This document shows, piece after piece, positions 1-13,399 of a stretch of 64,000 bases of DNA. The notes beneath the pieces were generated by a model. The model was not told the DNA's origin. It did not search any database and was given only the letters and a program-made list of their open reading frames with translations. This DNA is from Eledone cirrhosa (Eukaryota): assembly GCA_964016885.1 (NCBI GenBank), contig OZ024758.1:6634001-6698000 (forward strand), read 5' to 3'. Position numbers and translations under genes: made by a program. The stretch's first letter is position 1; each line of letters opens with the position of its first letter.

Positions 1-19
1 TGCCGAGGTTAACACAACA

Positions 20-300
20 CAGGCCTAGTGGACTTACAATCATAATGTTGTGGGTTTGTTTCCTGGACTGGGTTCTGTGTTGTGTTCTTGAGCAAAACAC
101 TTCATTTCATGTTGCTCCAGTATACTCAGCTGAAAATGAGTACCAGCAATAGCTGGGGGTTTAAACCCTGCGATGGACTGCTGTCCTGTCCAGGCGGGGG
201 GGGGGGGGGTATGTTCTCAGTCGCTTCACGTGATGAAAACGGGATAAGCACCGGTCAAATGAGCCTCTTGGCTTAAGACAGACTTTAGACTTAGACCACT
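20..300 (+). mobile_element. tRNA-derived SINE, family B; other copies near 26055-26330(+), 50434-50700(+), 51420-51700(-), 54420-54665(-), 59345-59600(-), 63790-63975(-)
   Basis: A-box ggcctagtgg, B-box-like ggttcgattcc in the better copies, and a shared core gtgttcttgagcaaaacacttcatttca..ttgctccag. Confidence 0.75.
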
Positions 301-464
301 GATATGACTTTCTTCGTGTCTAATCAAACCAGCTTTGCTCAGGCAGACTCCTCCACAATGCTGGCAAAGCAGAGGCTGCTCAACACTAGGCAGTTCAGAA
401 CAGTCTCTTTTTTACATACATACACACATACATGTGGAAGACATACACATACATGGTATGAAAG

Positions 465-1055
465 AGTACTAGTGGAATGTTCCAGTAAAAACTCCAATAA
501 AATGCAGACATAACAGACCAGATCTTATGATATGGGACAGGGAGAAGAAAGCATGCACAGTAGTGGAAGTTAGCTGTCCAGCAGATGCCAATATAATATC
601 AAAGATTAGCGAAAAGGAGAATATCTATGCAGAACTAATGAGAAATCTGCAGATACTCCACCCTAACTATACCTTCAGATGTATACCTGTGATTATTGGG
701 GCACTGGGGTATGTTAGTAACTGCCTCAGTACAAATCTTGAGAAGTTGGGTTTCACAGAAACAGAAAGAACACGACTAGTTAGGAAATTACAAGTACAAT
801 CCATTAATGGATCAGTAAAAATATGTAAAACAATCCAAAAATGTTGCATCTAAAAACTGATAACATATACAGATACAAAACATATGCACATGCACACATA
901 CAATTCAAAACATACACATCCACACATACAATAACATCCATACCTGCACACACATGCATGCATACATATCTACCTAGTTGCTGTTGTGTAATTCCAATGA
1001 GAGAGTCTTGTGTCTATGTTAGAAACCCACTCTCTCTCTAGTGGGAAAAAAATTA
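465..1055 (+). mobile_element. 5'-truncated non-LTR retrotransposon, R4/Dong-like restriction-like endonuclease end
   Basis: W(N)VPVKT...HNRPDLMIWD..K.CTVVEVSCP.D.NI..K..EKENIY.EL...IPVIIGALG, a PD-(D/E)xK RLE domain, followed by an A-rich tail. Confidence 0.8.
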
Positions 1056-1082
1056 TGAAATTATATAACCAGAGCGCGCGCG

Positions 1083-1149
<67 letters not shown>

Positions 1150-2138
1150 ACATACATGATGGCTGCCGCCTCGTTATCGAGTATGGCCATTGCACGATAT
1201 AACATTATTAATAATTATCAATTAATGCTATAGTGCAATGCCTGGGCATGAAGATATTTTTTAAAGTGAGGAAAGACTGCACTGAGCCAATCCCACTCTC
1301 TGAGCGCCAGTAGCTATAACCCGAAAAGAAGAGAAGATCAATATCATCGATAACTACTGAGCCGAAGGTTTTATGTCGGAGTTATCCCAGTTTCCTGAGT
1401 TGCCTTCTCCTAGAGGAATGCCCTGACAAAGGCTAGGGGTCCTTCACTCCTATACATACATACATACATACATACATGTATGCATGTATATTAGTGTACA
1501 CCACAAATCTATCTTTTATTTATATATTGGCTATCTTTGTCACCTGTTCATGAAATATTTTGACACATGGATCTTATTCTTATTTATAAACACCATTCTT
1601 AAATGATTCATCGTTTGACAGTCAATTATTGCCCTTCTTTTGAAGGCCAATAATTATAATATGGCTATTGTTAAATAGCCAACCCTTGATTGTAATTAGA
1701 CCACAGCTGACCTTCAATCAGACATTGTAGTAGCGCTTATAACAATACAAAACTCAGTTACCCATTCAAGCTGAAATGTCAATATTACAGTAAAAACAAT
1801 GGTTTCTGATTTAGGCACAAGGCCAGTAATTTAGGGGGAGGCGGAAATCGATTAAATCGATACGTAGTTTCCCGTCTGTAAAGAGGTGTAGAGCTATACA
1901 GAGTGTAAATATAATAATTGTTTCTACTTTTGGCACAAGGCCAGCAATTACCCAGTACATTACTGGTACTTTATTGTAAATATAATAATAATAATAAAAG
2001 GACGAATTGTTATGTCTTCAATACGTTTATTGAGTAGAGACGCGCGCTTTGCTATTGATCTGCTCAAAGTTCGATCTGTATCGATCTGGCCTGACTCTGG
2101 AATCAAAAGCTCGTCGGATCTCTTCTGTGGTAATGACA

Positions 2139-2183
<45 letters not shown>

Positions 2184-2332
2184 GAGGGAGATATGGCTGT
2201 CGTCGGCATGGATACATGTATATCTTTGCTTTTCATCTATTCCAGATCGATAAAAAAAAGTACCAGTCTAGTACTAGGAGCGATTCTTCCTCTGTGTCTC
2301 TTTCTCACTTCCATTCGCTCACTTTCTAACCT

Positions 2333-2398
<66 letters not shown>

Positions 2399-2584
2399 CT
2401 GCTGCACATATGTAGTTATTGATTGGGGATGTTCTAGTTGGCGGGATTTTGAGCGAGATTAGACTCACGCTTCACTTCATGATTGCTTATGTCTAGTTAA
2501 TGCAGTTGAAATTTCTTTTAATTATTTACGGGCTTAACAAAATGTAACATCTGAGCCAACACATGCCTTGGTCGTTGTTAATAA

Positions 2585-3395
2585 CAATAATTGTTTCTAC
2601 CTTTGGCACAAGGCCAGCAATTATCTCAGTGCATTACTGGTATTTTATTTTATCGACCCCGTAAGGATGAAAGGCAAAGTCAACCTCGGCGGGATTTGAT
2701 AATGTTTAATGATGAGTCACAATCACCAACTCTAAAACTACAATCAAATGAATCCTAACAATAGACTTCACCCTAGTAACAATGGTTTCTGGTATAGGCA
2801 GAAGGCCAGTAATTTGGGGGGAGGGGAAAGTCGATTAAATCGACCCCAGTACATTACTGTTTTATAGACTATTATATCGACTTCGTAAAGTTAATCTTGG
2901 TGGGATTTAAACTCAGAACGTAAAGAACCGTAACTGTACATGCTAATACAAAATTATGATTTCTACTATAGGTATAAAGCCAGTCATTTTATTTCTTTTT
3001 TTTTGGGGGGGGGGGGAGGTCGACCCCCAGTAAGTTACTGGTGTTTATGTTATCGACCCCGTAAGGATGAAAGGCAAATTTAACCTCGGCGGGAATTGAA
3101 CTCAGACCGCACGCAAAGGGCCGTAACTCTATGCTGCAAAGCATGGTGTGCGACTCTCTACCGATACTGCCAATCCACCGCCTTCTTCACCCTAGTAATA
3201 ATTGTTTCTGCTTTGGGCACAAGGCCAGCAATTATTCCAGTGTATTACTGGTACTTTATTTTATCGCCCCCGAAAGGATGAAAGGCAAAGCTAACCTCGG
3301 CGGGATTTGAACTCAGAACTTAAAGGGACGTAACTCTATGCCGCGAAGCGTGTTGTCCGACTCTCTACCAATACTGCTAATCCACCGCCTTCTTC
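2585..3395 (-). mobile_element. Cluster of tRNA-derived SINEs, family A (dominant family); other clusters 15960-16570(+), 16787-17060(+), 22788-23220(+), 42499-42865(+), 54815-55222(-), plus many singles
   Basis: Sense consensus ggattggcagtatcggtagag...gagttcaaatcccgccgaggttaactttgcctttcatccttacggggtcgataaaataaagtaccagt...ggccttgtgcc..aagtagaaac(aat)n. Pol III A/B boxes. Resembles cephalopod SINEs. Confidence 0.85.
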
Positions 3396-3892
3396 ACTGT
3401 AGTAGTAATGACAATAATAATTCATCCTGTGTAACTGGAGAGAAACAGTGCAGTTATTAATAAGAAGAGTTGAAATTAATGCATATAAGATTTCACAGCT
3501 CTAGCATCATTCCTTCATAACCAGCTTATGAACTTTTGAGCCCACCTTCGTATTTTGATAGGTTTGCGGAATAGACAGTCAGGATATCTTTTATAACTTT
3601 TTAATATTATTTTAATTCTGTTAAGCGAGCAAATAGTTGAGAGTCATAATAGATGCAGAACAGAGTTAATTTGTGAGAATCTTGTTCTAATTCTTTGATA
3701 CTAAGACAATTGGTAAAGCAGCTATGCTACAAATTCTTCTGTTCTGGTGATGGATGTGAAGGTAATTCTGGCAGTTTCGTTTTCACTCGTATACGTTAAA
3801 TCTTGTTACTTCTCTAAGCACTAACACCCCCACCACCTTCGCGTATTCCAGCAACTTTTCTCATCCTCACAGCGAACCAATCTTCTCTAACA

Positions 3893-4541
3893 ATACGTCA
3901 AACACATTCGACATACGTCAACCACATTCGACATACGTCAAACACATTCGACATACGTCAAACACATTCGACATACGTCAAACACATTCGACATACGTCA
4001 ACCACATTCGACATACGTCAAACACATTCGACATACGTCAACCACATTCGACATACGTCAACCACATTCGACATACGTCAAACACATTCGACATACGTCA
4101 ACCACATTCGACATACGTCAACCACATTCGACATACGTCAACCACATTCGACATACGTCAAACACATTCGACATACGTCAAACACATTCGACATACGTCA
4201 ACCACATTCGACATACGTCAAACACATTCGACATACGTCAACCACATTCGACATACGTCAACCACATTCGACATACGTCAACCACATTCGACATACGTCA
4301 AACACATTCGACATACGTCAAACACATTCGACATACGTCAACCACATTCGACATACGTCAACCACATTCGACATACGTCAAACACATTCGACATACGTCA
4401 AACACATTCGACATACGTCAACCACATTCGACATACGTCAAACACATTCGACATACGTCAAACACATTCGACATACGTCAACCACATTCGACATACGTCA
4501 ACCACATTCGACATACGTCAACCACATTCGACATACGTCAA
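3893..4541. repeat. 20-bp minisatellite, 32 copies
   Basis: Unit a(a/c)cacattcgacatacgtca, otherwise invariant. Confidence 0.98.
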
Positions 4542-5085
4542 CACCAGCTCTTCGATTGATAAAAGGTCTGTCGATAAAACTCAAAATAAAACGTAATACT
4601 AAACCAGCAGCTCATGGCATATTCCTACATATTCCACTCCAGTAGCAAGAGGAAGTTATGCAAGACCTTGATTGAGATGTTCTACATGGGGCGGTAACGG
4701 ATGACTAGAACAGGTAAGAGAGTATGATATTTAGGAAGCTGTTCCAATTGGGATATATGGTGGGTGTGTATCACTACATAGTTATTTAGATCAAAGAGGA
4801 TGAAAAGTAACGCTGACTATTGGTTTTCATGCTAGCGTGAAAATCAGGATATATTTTTAACATTTCTTCAAGCAAGATTTGTGTTACATAATTAAAAGAT
4901 AATTAAAAGATAACCGTGTTTGATGTCTGTAGCTGACATCACAGTATTGTAATATGTATGCAAGATCACATTTCTTTTTTTTTACGACATTTATTCCCCC
5001 ATGGGGGGCGCTATCGTTATAAAATGTAGAACATGTACTACATCAGGTGATGGGAATACCAAAAGAAATTGTGTTAGTCATTTCG

Positions 5086-5563
5086 GTAAATTTATTAAAA
5101 AAAATTTTTTTAAAGCAGCCGCTGGGATTTGCTAAGAAATTTTTCTGTTTTTTTTTTTTTTTTTTTTTTTTCGTGTGATTTCAACTAATCTGACCTCCGA
5201 CATGTTCGCATACGACTTTTTCTTTTCTCGAAAACGGAACTGGGAGAGAGTAGGGCGAGGTGGGGAACCCTCAAATTTTTCCAGCCTCAGAGTTTACTTC
5301 AGTAAGTAGTTTTTTTGTTTTTTTTCTTCTTTTAGATATTTTTTCGTTTGTTTTTGACCGATTTGACATCAGACTCATTCGCATACAATTTCAGGGTCAC
5401 AACTCCACACCATCTACCATTTCCTTCTCGAGGGAAAAAAAAAAGCTGATTGTAAGCATATCGAAAAAGTCGAAAAAGTCAGATTAGTTGAAACCACACG
5501 AAAAAAAACGGCAAAAAAACATTTCTTAGCGAACCCCCAGTGGATCGTTTTTTATAAATTTAC
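5086..5563. mobile_element. Fold-back/MITE-like element with ~90-110 bp imperfect terminal inverted arms
   Basis: The left arm gtaaattt...ctgggatttgctaagaaat...tcgtgtgatttcaactaatctgac is the reverse complement of the right arm gtcagattagttgaaaccacacga...atttcttagcgaacccccag...aaatttac. Confidence 0.65.
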
Positions 5564-6149
5564 AGACTTTTCAAACAAATGCTTCGATGATGAGAAGCTT
5601 TGGTAAGACACTATAGCAGTGAGAGGTTTGACATTTGTCACAAATCTGGGATAATAGCGAGAAATTTGAAAAATTCCTATTACTATATTACCATGTGTAC
5701 TCTTAGCATGTAAGTATAAGCCCTACTTTAAGCATCACAGACACACACACACACTCAAAGACAGGCATTACTTATATATATATTACATACATCTTCAAAC
5801 TATTTATCATATAGATATTACCACATAAATCAAAGCTGGTGATATATTAAGATAACAGACGTCGGAGAAAGACCATAGCTAGAGCATGACGCCATGTTAA
5901 ATGATCAATAGATTTTTACCGCTAAGAAAACAAGACAGCTTGGGGCCGAATTTACGGACCCCCACCTTCCCTAAAAAGAATCTTGTTAGGAAATATTTCT
6001 TTGGATGAAATAATAAACATGTTTATTCTAGCCAATGAACATACGTAGTTAATAAAACAGGCCCTGGAACCCGTGGAAAACTATAAAAATTAAAAATGAT
6101 ATGCAATAAAAGAGAACCATGACAACTCTTTAGTAATTCCCTTCAATGC

Positions 6150-7112
6150 CAGTGGGCCTCCAACAGAGCACCTCGGTGCAGTGGGTCTCCAACAGAGCAC
6201 CTCGGTGCAGTGGGTCTCCAACAGAGCACCTCGGTGCAGTGGGTTTCCAACAGAGCACCTCGGTGCAGTGGGTCCCCAACAGAGCACCTCGGTGCAGTGG
6301 GTCTCCAACAGAGCACCTCGGTGCAGTGGGTTTCCAACAGAGCACCTCGGTGCAGTGGGCCTCCAACAGAGCACCTCGGTGCAGTGGGCCTCCAACAGAG
6401 CACCTCGGTGCAGTGGGTTTCCAACAGAGCACCTCGGTGCAGTGGGTTTCCAACAGAGCACCTCGGTGCAGTGGGTTTCCAACAGAGCACCTCGGTGCAG
6501 TGGGTCTCCAACAGAGCACCTCGGTGCAGTGGGCCTCCAACAGAGCACCTCGGTGCAGTGGGCCTCCAACAGAGCACCTCGGTGCAGTGGGCCTCCAACA
6601 GAGCACCTCGGTGCAGTGGGCCTCCAACAGAGCACCTCGGTGCAGTGGGCCTCCAACAGAGCACCTCGGTGCAGTGGGCCTCCAACAGAGCACCTCGGTG
6701 CAGTGGGTTTCCAACAGAGCACCTCGGTGCAGTGGGTCTCCAACAGAGCACCTCGGTGCAGTGGGTTTCCAACAGAGCACCTCGGTGCAGTGGGCCTCCA
6801 ACAGAGCACCTCGGTGCAGTGGGTCTCCAACAGAGCACCTCGGTGCAGTGGGTCTCCAACAGAGCACCTCGGTGCAGTGGGTCTCCAACAGAGCACCTCG
6901 GTGCAGTGGGCCTCCAACAGAGCACCTCGGTGCAGTGGGCCTCCAACAGAGCACCTCGGTGCAGTGGGCCTCCAACAGAGCACATCGGTGCAGTGGGCCT
7001 CCAACAGAGCACCTCGGTGCAGTGGGTCTCCAACAGAGCACCTCGGTGCAGTGGGTCTCCAACAGAGCACCTCGGTGCAGTGGGCCTCCAACAGAGCACC
7101 TCGGTGCAGTGG
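6150..7112. repeat. 29-bp GC-rich minisatellite, ~33 copies
   Basis: Unit cagtggg(cc/tc/tt)tccaacagagcacctcggtg. It produces the spurious six-frame ORFs. Confidence 0.98.
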
Positions 7113-9329
7113 TTTGCCGCGAAAGATTGATTCTATTTCAAAATATGAAAAATACAAATCGAAATTTGTAATAACTGTTAAAGTGGGAAACAACTAATTG
7201 TAAAATATAAACATTGCCAGGAAATACCAAGTGTATGTTTTTCATTGATAATTTTTCGTCGTCGTTTGACAAACGTTTAGTCTAAACTCTGTCTCGAGCT
7301 CGGTGACTCATCAGATCAGTGCTTATCCCGGTTTTCGTGACGTGAGGTGACTGTAAATACAAGTCTCCACCCTGGACAGAACACCAGTCCCCCTACATGG
7401 TTAAACCCCTGGACAGAACACCAGTCCCTTACAGGTTCTGCCTGCTACTGGTACCGTGTAACCCGGTACAACCTGCTTCATGGTCAAATGGTCTGTGACT
7501 AAGCCGGCTCCCCCACCAGACCACGGCCTGGTGAGGAATGTATCTGGAACCCCAGCAACACAAAAAAAAACAAGAGCTATTAAAAAGGCAAATGGACCCC
7601 TCACGGTCAACAACCATCCACCTCAAGTATGAGTTAAATAGCCTCACCAACCCGCAATTCTCCAAGCATGGTGAGTATTGCTGCACCCCTGACACGACCA
7701 AAACAAAAACAGAAAGAGGTGGAGCTCAACTAGGGCGAAGTTCCTCCAACACAAGTGAGAAGACCCTGAATTGGATTGGATTGAAATATATGTAAATACC
7801 TCTTTTGAATCAATTTTCGGATTAAGGTACAAATTGCACCAAAATATTTTTACTTGTTCTGAAGTAGGCCGTGAGTAAAAAAAGGTTTGGTTACCACTGG
7901 TCTATAACCTGATTCTCAACCTCTCAACTTTTAAACACTCAATATCTTCGACGCCGGGTAATACGGTATATAGTCTTGTGTATTATGTTTGTAACGTTCT
8001 TTGCAATAATCAATTGTGTATATTATTTGTGTTTAGATAATCAATTTGTAATGTTATTTATACAACTTTGAATAAAACCATTATATAAAATAAAAATAAG
8101 GCTTTAAGATCGCCGCTTTGTTTTTTGTTTTTTCTCTTACGTCAATAAATGTTTAGTTAATTATACCTTTCTGTCTATTTCTCTACACCTTCTTCCTCCA
8201 TTCTCACTTAATTAGTAAATTTACTAATTAATGTTACCCATTAAACTTACTAACTGCCTGTGGAAGCAATTATGTTGATAATAATGACTTTTGATCGGCT
8301 TAATAAGTCATTCTATTTTTATAATTATTGAGCGATTAACAACGTTAAGGATACGTTAGGTTTTACAAATATTTGGAAAACAAAAGTATTACTTAAACGC
8401 GAAAAGGGAAAACAGTTACGAATCTACATATTCGGTCGACCGGCTAGAAATAGTAGTCAAGTCTTTCTCAAACCAAACAACAGCTTTAAACAGAAAAAAA
8501 TAGGGGCGGAAGAATCCGTTAGATTATGTAGTCACTACGAGGGTCGACTGAAAATATTATAGTCTAACCAAGATACTCTCATGGAATGACCAAATCAGGT
8601 TTATTTTTCAACATAGTCCCTAGAAAGAAACAATGCAGTTATTAATAAGAAGAGTTGAAATTACTGCATGGAAGATTTCACAGCGCTTGCATCATTCCTT
8701 CATAGTCAACCTATGTTAAGAAATATCCAATATGGCGACGCATTTAACGTTTAGTCAAGTGTTATTTCGTTAACGTAGCGAGTGTGTTTTCCGTTAAAAG
8801 GTGAAGACGGGAATACTTTCATATTTTAGTATTAAAAACCTGAAGTAATCGATAATAAAAGTGTGGCAGACAAAGATTAGAACTTGTTGTCTTTCAATTT
8901 GAAAATGCTTTATCGTCTGGGTGACAATTTCTTTCTGTTGAAAAACGCCTCCTCTGTATTTATCAACCAATCATAACCTACCTTTGACTGTCAACACAGA
9001 TCAAAAGATATTTGTCCCCGCTTTATTTGTACATTTGTACGCGAAGATGATGTTGCAGAAAGAGTGTAATCGATATCGACCCACCACAGACACACGCACC
9101 TCCACAACAACCAGCGCTGAGCAGCCAAGCCACTTTGAAGACAATCGTGTTAGGTGCAGTGGAGGGTATGTTACATTTGAAGAAGGGGGCGATTAAAACA
9201 TACGTTACGCCATTGGACGAAGTATATGGGCGCAAACCTGATATTTCTATAAGAAATGAAAATAACTAAATACAATAAACTACAACTTACTTATACTGGT
9301 TTCTGATTTATATAGAAAGAAAGGAGGTG

Positions 9330-10180
9330 TAAAAACCAAACTAGCTATCTTCAATTCGGTATTTGTGCCAACCCTTACCAATGGTCATGGAAGTGAGGTA
9401 ATGACCGAAAGAATATGATTACGAATACAAGCGGCCGAAATGGAGTTCCTCCGAAGGGTCTTTGGAGTAACGTTATTTGTTAGAGTGCGTAGCTCAGAGA
9501 TCAGGTAGTTACTGCAGGTAGTGCCACTGTTTCTCTGAATTGAGAGATCACAGCTCTGATACAATGGGTATGTGGTTAGAATGTCTCAGGAAAGAATTAC
9601 TGGAGATATTTGAAGCTCAGAGATCAGAGAGTCACTCCAGGTAGAGCCGCTACTTCTCTGAATTGAGAGATCACAGCTCTGATACAATAGGTATGTGGTT
9701 AGAATGTCTCAGGAAAGAATTACTGGAGATATTTGAAGCTCAGAGATCAGAGAGTCACTCCAGGTAGAGCCGCTACTTCTCTGAATTGAGAGATCACAGC
9801 TCTGATACAATAGGTATGTGGTTAGAATGTCTCAGGAAAGAATTACTGGAGATATTTGAAGCTCAGAGATCAGAGAGTCACTCCAGGTAGAGCCGCTACT
9901 TCTCTGAATTGAGAGATCACAGCTCTGATACTATGGGCATGCGGTTAGAATGTCTCAGGAAAGAATCATAAGACAGATTTTACAGGCAAAACTAACCAGC
10001 GGGAGACTCGGGGGTAGACCCCGAGCAAGATGACTGGATAATATTAATGAGCTTGGTTGGTCTCACTTGGGGTCCAGCTAGAGTAGTTGGAGACGATTGC
10101 TTCTGACAGGACCTGCTGGAAGGAGTGTTTCAGGACTTCTGACACCCACCCTATAGCCCCCTAGAAATAAGTGAGCGAAG
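9330..10180 (+). mobile_element. RTE-like LINE 3' fragment with internal 123-bp x4 tandem amplification (9491-9970)
   Basis: IQAAEM.FLR...RVRSSEIR...IERSQL..YG.VVRMSQER..GRPR. The same family occurs without the amplification at 28000-28620(-). Confidence 0.8.
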
Positions 10181-11503
10181 TAGTAGTAGTGGTGGTCTTT
10201 ATTGTATATTAATATTTGTTTTGTAGCAGTCGATTTAGCGGAGTTATGATATTCGTTCTTTGTTTCTGTGTTAAAATCCCGCCAAAAACAACTTAGCCTT
10301 TCATCCTATCAAGGTCAATATAAAACATATCAACCTAGTACAGTTGCAGCTCTCTCTCTCCCCTGCCAGCTGTCATGTGCTAGTTGTTCCGCTTGATCAA
10401 TGGAGGGAAAATCCAGACAGTGTCTGCTCGCGTCGTGAGTAAACCTCAAACACTTAGTGAAAGCCTGGCAAATACTACTAAGTCATACTCGACATACTCG
10501 ATGACATGTGACGGCTGTAGTTTACGAGTATATTTTTGTTTTATACATGCCTAGGATTCAGTGAGGATTCCATGAAGGTGTTATTGGTCTAAAACGTTTG
10601 GAGATCTCGGATCTAGCACAGTGTATGTATATCACATAATACCTCATTCATGGGAGAATTTAACTTCTTATAAATATCCCGTCTAAATCGATAGATTTTC
10701 GAGACTGTTGCTGTTGTTGTTAGCGTGACATGGACAACGCCCGACTTCTCTGTCTTACTTCATCGAACACAAAAGCTAACAAAGCGCGAATCAAACTACA
10801 TGTAATGACACAATTAAACAATGAACTATTTTTTTCTTTTTTCCCTGTGAAATAGGTTTATTTACAATAGTTTATAACTTTGCCTATTAATCCGTATGGT
10901 GAGCAAATAGGTCGCGCGTGCTGGCCTCCCTACAGCCCCGGGGGACAGGATGGAAAAGGCGTTTCCCCGGAGGATGGTAAGGGAGATGCGCTGGAAGAGC
11001 TATTCCAACTCAAGAGGTTCACACTTGCGGCTGGCCAGCTCAGCGCCTATGGTGGTGAATAGGGAGGTAGCCCTAGGGCAAGGACACCAGAAGTCTCTAC
11101 TGCCAAGGGCACGACCTCGAACCTGTGGGAGAGCGACCAGTACTTATGATGTGTTATAGATATACAGCTGCTTTGAATTGATATGAAATAGATATATTGG
11201 AAATTAGTGAGTTTGGCTGGTCTCGCTTGGTGATCCAACCAGATTAGTTGAAGAGGGTTGCTTCTGACAGGACCTGCTGGAAGGAGTGTTTGAGGACTCT
11301 TCCTGAGGACCCTCTCAGGAATAAGTGGGCGAAGAAATAAGTTCTGCCAATGGGTTGACACAACTGCTCCAGTTAACGGAGAAATCTATGATTATCTAGG
11401 TGAGGTGAGCCACATATATTCTAACTACTAGAAAAAGCAAAATAACTGCTTCACCTTCGATGGAGGGATGATTCAAGAAGAAGAAGAAGAAGAAGAAGAA
11501 GTA

Positions 11504-11677
11504 TGAGGGTGGGGTGAAAGGTTCATAGGCCGGCTATGATGGAGTGATGCTAGAGCTATGAAATCTTGCATAATAACTGCATTGTTTCTTTCTAAGGACT
11601 ATGTTGAAAAATAAACCTCATTTGGTCATTCCATGAGAGTATCTTGGTCAGTCTATGAACTTTTGATCCGACCCTTG
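11504..11677. mobile_element. Tc1/mariner-like MITE, TA TSD; copies at 30951-31148, 57111-57302, and degenerate ones at ~3440-3552, 8538-8720, 26860-27392, 34515-34686
   Basis: TA|tgagggtgg..gaaaggttcatagg ... ctatgaactttt..ccgacccttg|TA, with shared core ccaagatactctcatggaatgaccaaatgagg. Confidence 0.75.
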
Positions 11678-13399
11678 TACATCAATGGAACTCATGTTGT
11701 ACAATTATGTTTCTACTTTTGGCACAAGGCCAGAAATTACCCCAGTGCATTACTGGTACTTTATTTTATCGACCCCGTAAGGATGAAAGGCAAAGTTAAC
11801 CTCGGCGGATTTGAACTCAGACCGTGTTGCACAATAATGTCACAAGAGTATTTCATTAATTCGTTTTCTCCCGCCCATTAGCCATATCATCCGTGTCAGG
11901 CTTTTTCAACTTGCAGGTCATGTCAGGAGAGGCAACGAATCAGCTATAAAACTTTTACACAGGAGCCCACTAATGTGAAATACAAACATGGAAAACCTCT
12001 CAATACATTATAGAGAGACATTGAGGAAGATACAGACCTATCTGTTGACGAATTGAGACAGTTAATGCCTGATTGTATGAGGGAAATGTTTTATCATGTC
12101 ACCACAAAGAAGTATTGAATGTAATAGTAGTTGTAATTAGTACTAAACTAAAACAAATTATTCGATATCTTTCAAAAGAAGCTAATAGCTAATAGTTTAC
12201 GAACGTTTATAATTGTAAATTGTTTTCACTCTCAACAGTAATCTTCTAGTTTGGCACCGGCCCACGATCTTTTGCGAATTTGTTTTCGGTAAAAAACAAA
12301 AAAGTATATATAATATTTAGTTTTACTATTTAACTACCAACCTCAATGAGATAGATGGTTTTTTTTTTTTTCGTTTCGTCTGAACTAGTCACGTGATATC
12401 TTCGAATCCAATGAGGTTAAGTGACAATTCCTTCTAAAAATACCAAAAATTATTCTGTTGTTCTCGTGATAGGATAAGCGTAAATTTGCTGAAATGTGCC
12501 AAATTATTCAATTAATCTCAACGTACAAAGAAGTTACTCAAGGCTAAAACTCTAATAAGTCACTCAGTAAATCTGACTAGTCATTCCACACACAGAACTT
12601 CAACCATTCCAACAACACAGTACTTTCACTGGAGAGAAATGTGAGTTGACTTGGTTAATACGTTCGTAATATGGTAAATCTTTGGCTCGAAGCGAAACTC
12701 TTGTCCAGCAACCAGGGAGGCGAACAAATTTAATAGAAGCAAATGACATTTACCTGGAAGATTAGCTTGGCAGTATTTTCAGATATATTTCTCCTTATGG
12801 ATTAAGTTTTAAAAGTGTTTTCAAGTTAAGGGCAGTGTGGATTACAGCGTCTGAAACTGAGATTGCTGATACTCTGAAGATATCACAAAGATCAATACTC
12901 TAAAGATATCACAAGATCAATAGTCAAGAGAAATTGATCGATTTCTTGATGACTGAAAGTTAAATAATGGTTTCTTATATAGGCACAAGGCCAGTAATGT
13001 GGGGGAGGGGTAAGTCGATTAAATCGACCCCAGTACGTTACTGGTACTTTATTTTATGGACCCCGTAAGGATGAAAGGCAAAGTTAACCTAAGCGGGATT
13101 TGAACGCAGGCCGTAAAGGGCCATAACTCTATGCTGCAAACCATGGCGTCCGACCCTCTACCGATACTGCCAATCCACCTGCTTCTGAAAGTTAAATAAT
13201 AAGAATAAGTTTCTGCCATTTTGATAGAAAGGTTGAAATATGTTATACGTATCCTCCTGAAATTCTTTTAAGGTATAAACAAATTTTATTCACAGTTGTA
13301 TAAATAACATTACAAATTGTTCACAATTCTTTCAGAATGAAAATATAAACACATATAATAAATACAACTAACTATTGCTAGGAACCTTACAAATACAAC

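Noticed and set aside
6090-7197. Six overlapping 300+ aa ORFs / CRISPR-like 29-bp palindromic repeat
   Set aside because: Units are directly adjacent with no unique spacers and there are no cas genes. The ORFs arise because a stop-free 29-bp unit cycles through all frames.
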